Source: an uncultured Bacteroidales bacterium (GTDB lineage Bacteria; Bacteroidota; Bacteroidia; Bacteroidales; VadinHA17). Taken from it: a stretch of DNA of 64,000 bases. Under the pieces are notes generated by a model. The model ran no database searches, was not told the DNA's origin, and was given only the letters and a program-made list of their open reading frames with translations. The position numbers were made by a program, and so were the translations under genes. Positions 61,320-64,000 of this stretch are shown one piece after another. The stretch covers positions 36,319-100,318 of the forward strand of contig CAWBQN010000006.1 in the NCBI GenBank assembly GCA_963791065.1. Reading direction: 5' to 3'. The stretch's first letter is position 1, and each line of letters opens with the position of its first letter.

Positions 61320-62258
61320 ATGAGAATTGGCCTTGATGTCATGGGTGGTGATTTTGCACCTGAGTCAATCATTGAGGGCGCTATTGATTCCCTGGAGCAT
61401 TTATCAATTAATGAGAAGCTTGTCCTTATAGGAGATGAGCCTTCCATTATAAAGAAACTTGGTGATGAGCATATAAAGCCTTCCAGGTTTGAAATAGTAC
61501 ACACTTCGCAGGTTATAGAAATGGCCGATCATCCTGCAAAGGCATTTTCACAGAAAAAGGACTCAAGTATCGCCGTTGGATATGGCATGCTCAAGAATGC
61601 AGAGCTTGACGGCTTTTGCAGTGCAGGTAACACAGGTGCAATGCTGGTAGGAGCAAGCTATACGGTAAATGTGATACCTGGAGTATTAAGACCCGCACTG
61701 GCTACGGTCCTGCCTTGTATTGATAATCGTAATTTTGTTTTACTTGATGTTGGATTAAACCCTGACTGTAAATCAGATGTCCTTTTACAATATGGATTAC
61801 TCGGAAGTATATATGCAAAGTATGTACTGGGGAAAGAGAACCCTACTGTTGGTCTTCTCAATATAGGTGAAGAAGAAACGAAGGGTACTCCTACCGTGAA
61901 AGCTGCATTCGAATTAATGAAGGAACATCCCGAAATAAATTTCGCAGGAAATATTGAAGGAAATGCGCTCTTTCGTGAAACCATGACAGATGTTGTAGTA
62001 TGCGATGGTTTTGTTGGAAATATAATTCTTAAGATGGGAGAAGCATTTCATCATATATATAAAATCAAGAATCTTAAGGATGCCTATTTTGATAGTCTTG
62101 ACTGGGAGAATTTTGGCGGAACTCCTATTGTCGGTATTAATGCCAATGTTGTAATTGGGCATGGAATTTCAAAAAGAAAGGCTATAATGAATATGGTCCT
62201 TCAGACCAGGAATGTTGTACACGCCAATCTTGCACAAAAGATTAAAGAAGCAATATAA
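61320..62258 (+). CDS. plsX: phosphate acyltransferase PlsX
   Basis: [14 protein letters not shown] start and typical PlsX blocks. Lies in the rpmF-plsX-fabH arrangement. Confidence 0.95.
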   Translation: MRIGLDVMGGDFAPESIIEGAIDSLEHLSINEKLVLIGDEPSIIKKLGDEHIKPSRFEIVHTSQVIEMADHPAKAFSQKKDSSIAVGYGMLKNAELDGFCSAGNTGAMLVGASYTVNVIPGVLRPALATVLPCIDNRNFVLLDVGLNPDCKSDVLLQYGLLGSIYAKYVLGKENPTVGLLNIGEEETKGTPTVKAAFELMKEHPEINFAGNIEGNALFRETMTDVVVCDGFVGNIILKMGEAFHHIYKIKNLKDAYFDSLDWENFGGTPIVGINANVVIGHGISKRKAIMNMVLQTRNVVHANLAQKIKEAI

Positions 62259-62260
62259 TT

Positions 62261-63259
62261 ATGAAGAAAATACGGGCAGCCATTACTGGAATTAATGCCT
62301 GGGTTCCGGAATACAGGTTGACAAATCAGGAACTCTCCAAAATGGTTGATACTTCCGATGAGTGGATTATGCAACGGGTCGGAATAAAAGAGAGACGAAT
62401 ACTTAAGGGTGAGGGACTCGGAAGTTCAGACCTGGGTGAACCTGCTGTAATGGGCTTATTGGCGAAAACTAAGACTGCTCCTGAAGAGATTGACCTGCTG
62501 ATATGTGCTTCTGCCACTCCAGACATGCTCTTCCCTGCCACTGCAAATATCATATCTGATAAATGCGGTATTAAAAATGCTTTCAGCTTTGACCTTAATG
62601 CCGCATGTTCCGGATTTCTGTTTGCTTTACAGACAGGAGCTGCATATGTTGAAAGCGGCAGATATAAAAAAGTAATAATTGTCGGAGCCGATAAAATGTC
62701 GTCAATTACCGATTACACCGACCGTACAACATGTCCTCTTTTTGGAGATGCAGCAGGAGCCGTTTTGCTTGAGCCCACTACTGAAGATTACGGCATTATG
62801 GACTATATTTTTCATACAGATGGTTCAGGACGGAAATACCTGCATCTGAAAGCAGGAGGGTCGGTTAAACCTGCCTCACATGAAACAGTTGATGCAAAAG
62901 AGCATTATATTTATCAGGAAGGTCAGAGCGTTTTTAAATTTGCCGTTTTAAATATGGCTGATGTGGCAGTAGAGATTATGGAGAGGAATAATCTTAAATC
63001 TGAAGACATATCATGGCTGGTTCCTCATCAGGCCAATCTCCGGATAATCGATGCTACAGGAAGAAGAATGGGACTTCCCCCCGAGAAGGTAATGATAAAC
63101 ATCGAGAATTATGGAAATACCACTAATGCTACCATTCCATTATGCATCTGGGAATATGAACAAAAACTCAAAAAGGGAGATATTCTGATCCTTGCAGCCT
63201 TTGGAGGAGGTTTTACATGGGGATCAATTTACCTTAAGTGGGCATACGACCCGGAATAG
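62261..63259 (+). CDS. fabH: 3-oxoacyl-ACP synthase III
   Basis: Active-site Cys block NAACSGF, and His/Asn blocks VPHQAN and GNTTNATIP. Confidence 0.95.
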   Translation: MKKIRAAITGINAWVPEYRLTNQELSKMVDTSDEWIMQRVGIKERRILKGEGLGSSDLGEPAVMGLLAKTKTAPEEIDLLICASATPDMLFPATANIISDKCGIKNAFSFDLNAACSGFLFALQTGAAYVESGRYKKVIIVGADKMSSITDYTDRTTCPLFGDAAGAVLLEPTTEDYGIMDYIFHTDGSGRKYLHLKAGGSVKPASHETVDAKEHYIYQEGQSVFKFAVLNMADVAVEIMERNNLKSEDISWLVPHQANLRIIDATGRRMGLPPEKVMINIENYGNTTNATIPLCIWEYEQKLKKGDILILAAFGGGFTWGSIYLKWAYDPE

Positions 63260-63310
63260 AGACTCCATGTACTCACCCCCCCTGAGCTTTTGAAAAAGTC
63301 CCAATTTAAC

Positions 63311-63416
63311 CGCAAAGCACGCTAAGGAGACGCAAAGTACGCAAAGTCAAGATATTATAAATCAGTTCTTTGCGTCCTTAGCGTAGTCCCGAGTACTCGG
63401 GATTGCGATCTTTGCG
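63311..63416. repeat. two-armed phased CGCAAAG/CTTTGCG array with an internal 16-nt perfect palindrome, downstream of fabH
   Basis: cgcaaag 63311, cgctaag 63320, cgcaaag 63331, cgcaaag 63340. Inverted ctttgcg 63368, cttagcg 63377, ctttgcg 63410. tcccgagtactcggga at 63387-63402. Confidence 0.85.
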
Positions 63417-63492
63417 GTTAATGGATTTTGACTTTTTCGACACGACTTGTTTAATTGTCAGCCCTAATTTTATTATTATCTGCAATAGTTTT

Positions 63493-63500
63493 TATATTTG
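63493..63500 (+). promoter_or_regulatory. candidate -7 promoter box (TATATTTG) for the bactofilin gene
   Basis: Matches TAnnTTTG, 37 nt upstream of ATG 63538. Confidence 0.35.
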
Positions 63501-63537
63501 TGAGTTATTATGTTGTATCTCTTAAATTTTAAATACT

Positions 63538-63939
63538 ATGGCAAAATTCAACGAGACAGATAACACCACAATAAACCTTATTAGTAACGGAACAGACATT
63601 ACGGGTGATATTAAATCAAGCGGTGATATCCGTATCGATGGATCACTTACAGGAAATCTCGACACCAAGGGAAAAGTTGTCGTTGGGACAACCGGCAAAG
63701 TTAAAGGAGAAATTTTCTGCAAGAATTCTGAGGTGGCCGGATTTATAGAAGGCAAAATTAATGTCGGGCAATTGCTGAACCTCAAATCCTCATGTAAAAT
63801 TCACGGAGATATAGCTACATCTAAACTTTCAATTGAACCAGGAGCAGTATTCACAGGAAACTGCAAAATGAGTGATACTGATAATAATGGAGGAACTGGA
63901 GCCATCAAAGAAAAAGAGCCCGATAAAACCTCAAAATAA
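63538..63939 (+). CDS. bactofilin-family polymer-forming cytoskeletal protein
   Basis: Repetitive beta-helix pattern (ITGDIKSSGDIRIDGSLTGNLDTKGKVVVGTTGKVKGEI...). 133 aa. Confidence 0.85.
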   Translation: MAKFNETDNTTINLISNGTDITGDIKSSGDIRIDGSLTGNLDTKGKVVVGTTGKVKGEIFCKNSEVAGFIEGKINVGQLLNLKSSCKIHGDIATSKLSIEPGAVFTGNCKMSDTDNNGGTGAIKEKEPDKTSK

Positions 63940-64000
63940 GGACCTTAGAGGTTTTGCCAGGTATACGGGTTTGGCATTCCAGATGCTGGGCATTATACTG
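63887..64000 (+). CDS. possible AtpZ/AtpI-like small membrane protein, 3' end beyond window
   Basis: An ATG at 63887, in a different frame from the bactofilin gene, gives MEELEPSKKKSPIKPQNKDLRGFARYTGLAFQMLGIIL... This resembles the N-terminus of Bacteroidota AtpZ/AtpI proteins as I remember them. The frame is open to the window end. Confidence 0.35.
   Translation, partial: MEELEPSKKKSPIKPQNKDLRGFARYTGLAFQMLGIIL

Noticed and set aside
1-64000. Search for mobile elements, prophage, defence islands, toxin-antitoxin pairs, CRISPR-Cas and secondary-metabolite clusters.
   Set aside because: No integrase, transposase, recombinase, phage structural, restriction-modification, Cas or nuclease/ATPase defence-like ORFs were recognisable. 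Gene content and tight packing look like core chromosome.

Overview
This looks like a chromosomal, mostly housekeeping segment of an AT-rich Bacteroidota-type genome. That inference rests on TAnnTTTG -7 boxes 5-60 nt upstream of many start codons, DUF4271-hemD synteny, and alternative complex III plus a caa3 oxidase.

Gene content, left to right:
- MFS transporter (5' partial), polyprenyl-PP synthase, ArsR, LspA and an orphan lipoprotein.
- A complete alternative complex III operon (actABCDFE, + strand), abutting tail-to-tail a caa3-type oxidase operon (sco-ctaD-ctaE-coxIV-ctaC-ctaB, - strand).
- DoxX, Tat-signal Fe/Mn SOD, acyl-CoA ligase, QueD, PolA, MoaD/MoaE, S41 protease, RnpA, HemD, DUF4271, DeoC and a DHA2-type MFS.
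- Dtd, MntP, GH127, a PHP phosphatase, an FNR-like regulator, a PPi-type phosphofructokinase and RsgA.
- A 941-aa hybrid kinase-like protein, SelU, a U32 protein, a histidine kinase, a frameshifted AsmA gene and a ThiF/MoeB-like E1.
- An ECF sigma / anti-sigma / OM barrel module, a GH16-like protein, an ICMT-like methyltransferase, a YugP-like Zn-peptidase and YidD.
- A LiaF-like + LytS/LytTR module, yceD-rpmF-plsX-fabH, bactofilin, and the start of an AtpZ-like gene.

I found no rRNA or tRNA genes, no CRISPR array, and no transposase, integrase, prophage or recognisable defence genes. I cannot point to a convincing new multi-gene system.

The least explained signals are:
1. A hybrid sensor kinase with every catalytic motif degenerate (H-box His->Tyr; N, G1 and G2 boxes lost) but an intact terminal receiver.
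2. Dispersed intergenic arrays of a CTYTGYG heptamer phased about 10 bp apart. They often occur as two inverted arms. Other palindromic families occur too (GTAGAGACGCCCA hairpins, C5/G5 hairpin clusters, a 65-nt three-way-junction element).
3. A signal-peptide-less GH16-like protein lacking both catalytic glutamates and carrying Lys-rich N-terminal repeats.
4. A LiaF-like pair wired to a LytS/LytTR two-component system.
5. A hexahaem ActA and a non-canonical actF-before-actE order.
6. An AsmA gene split by one extra base in a 5-nt homopolymer.
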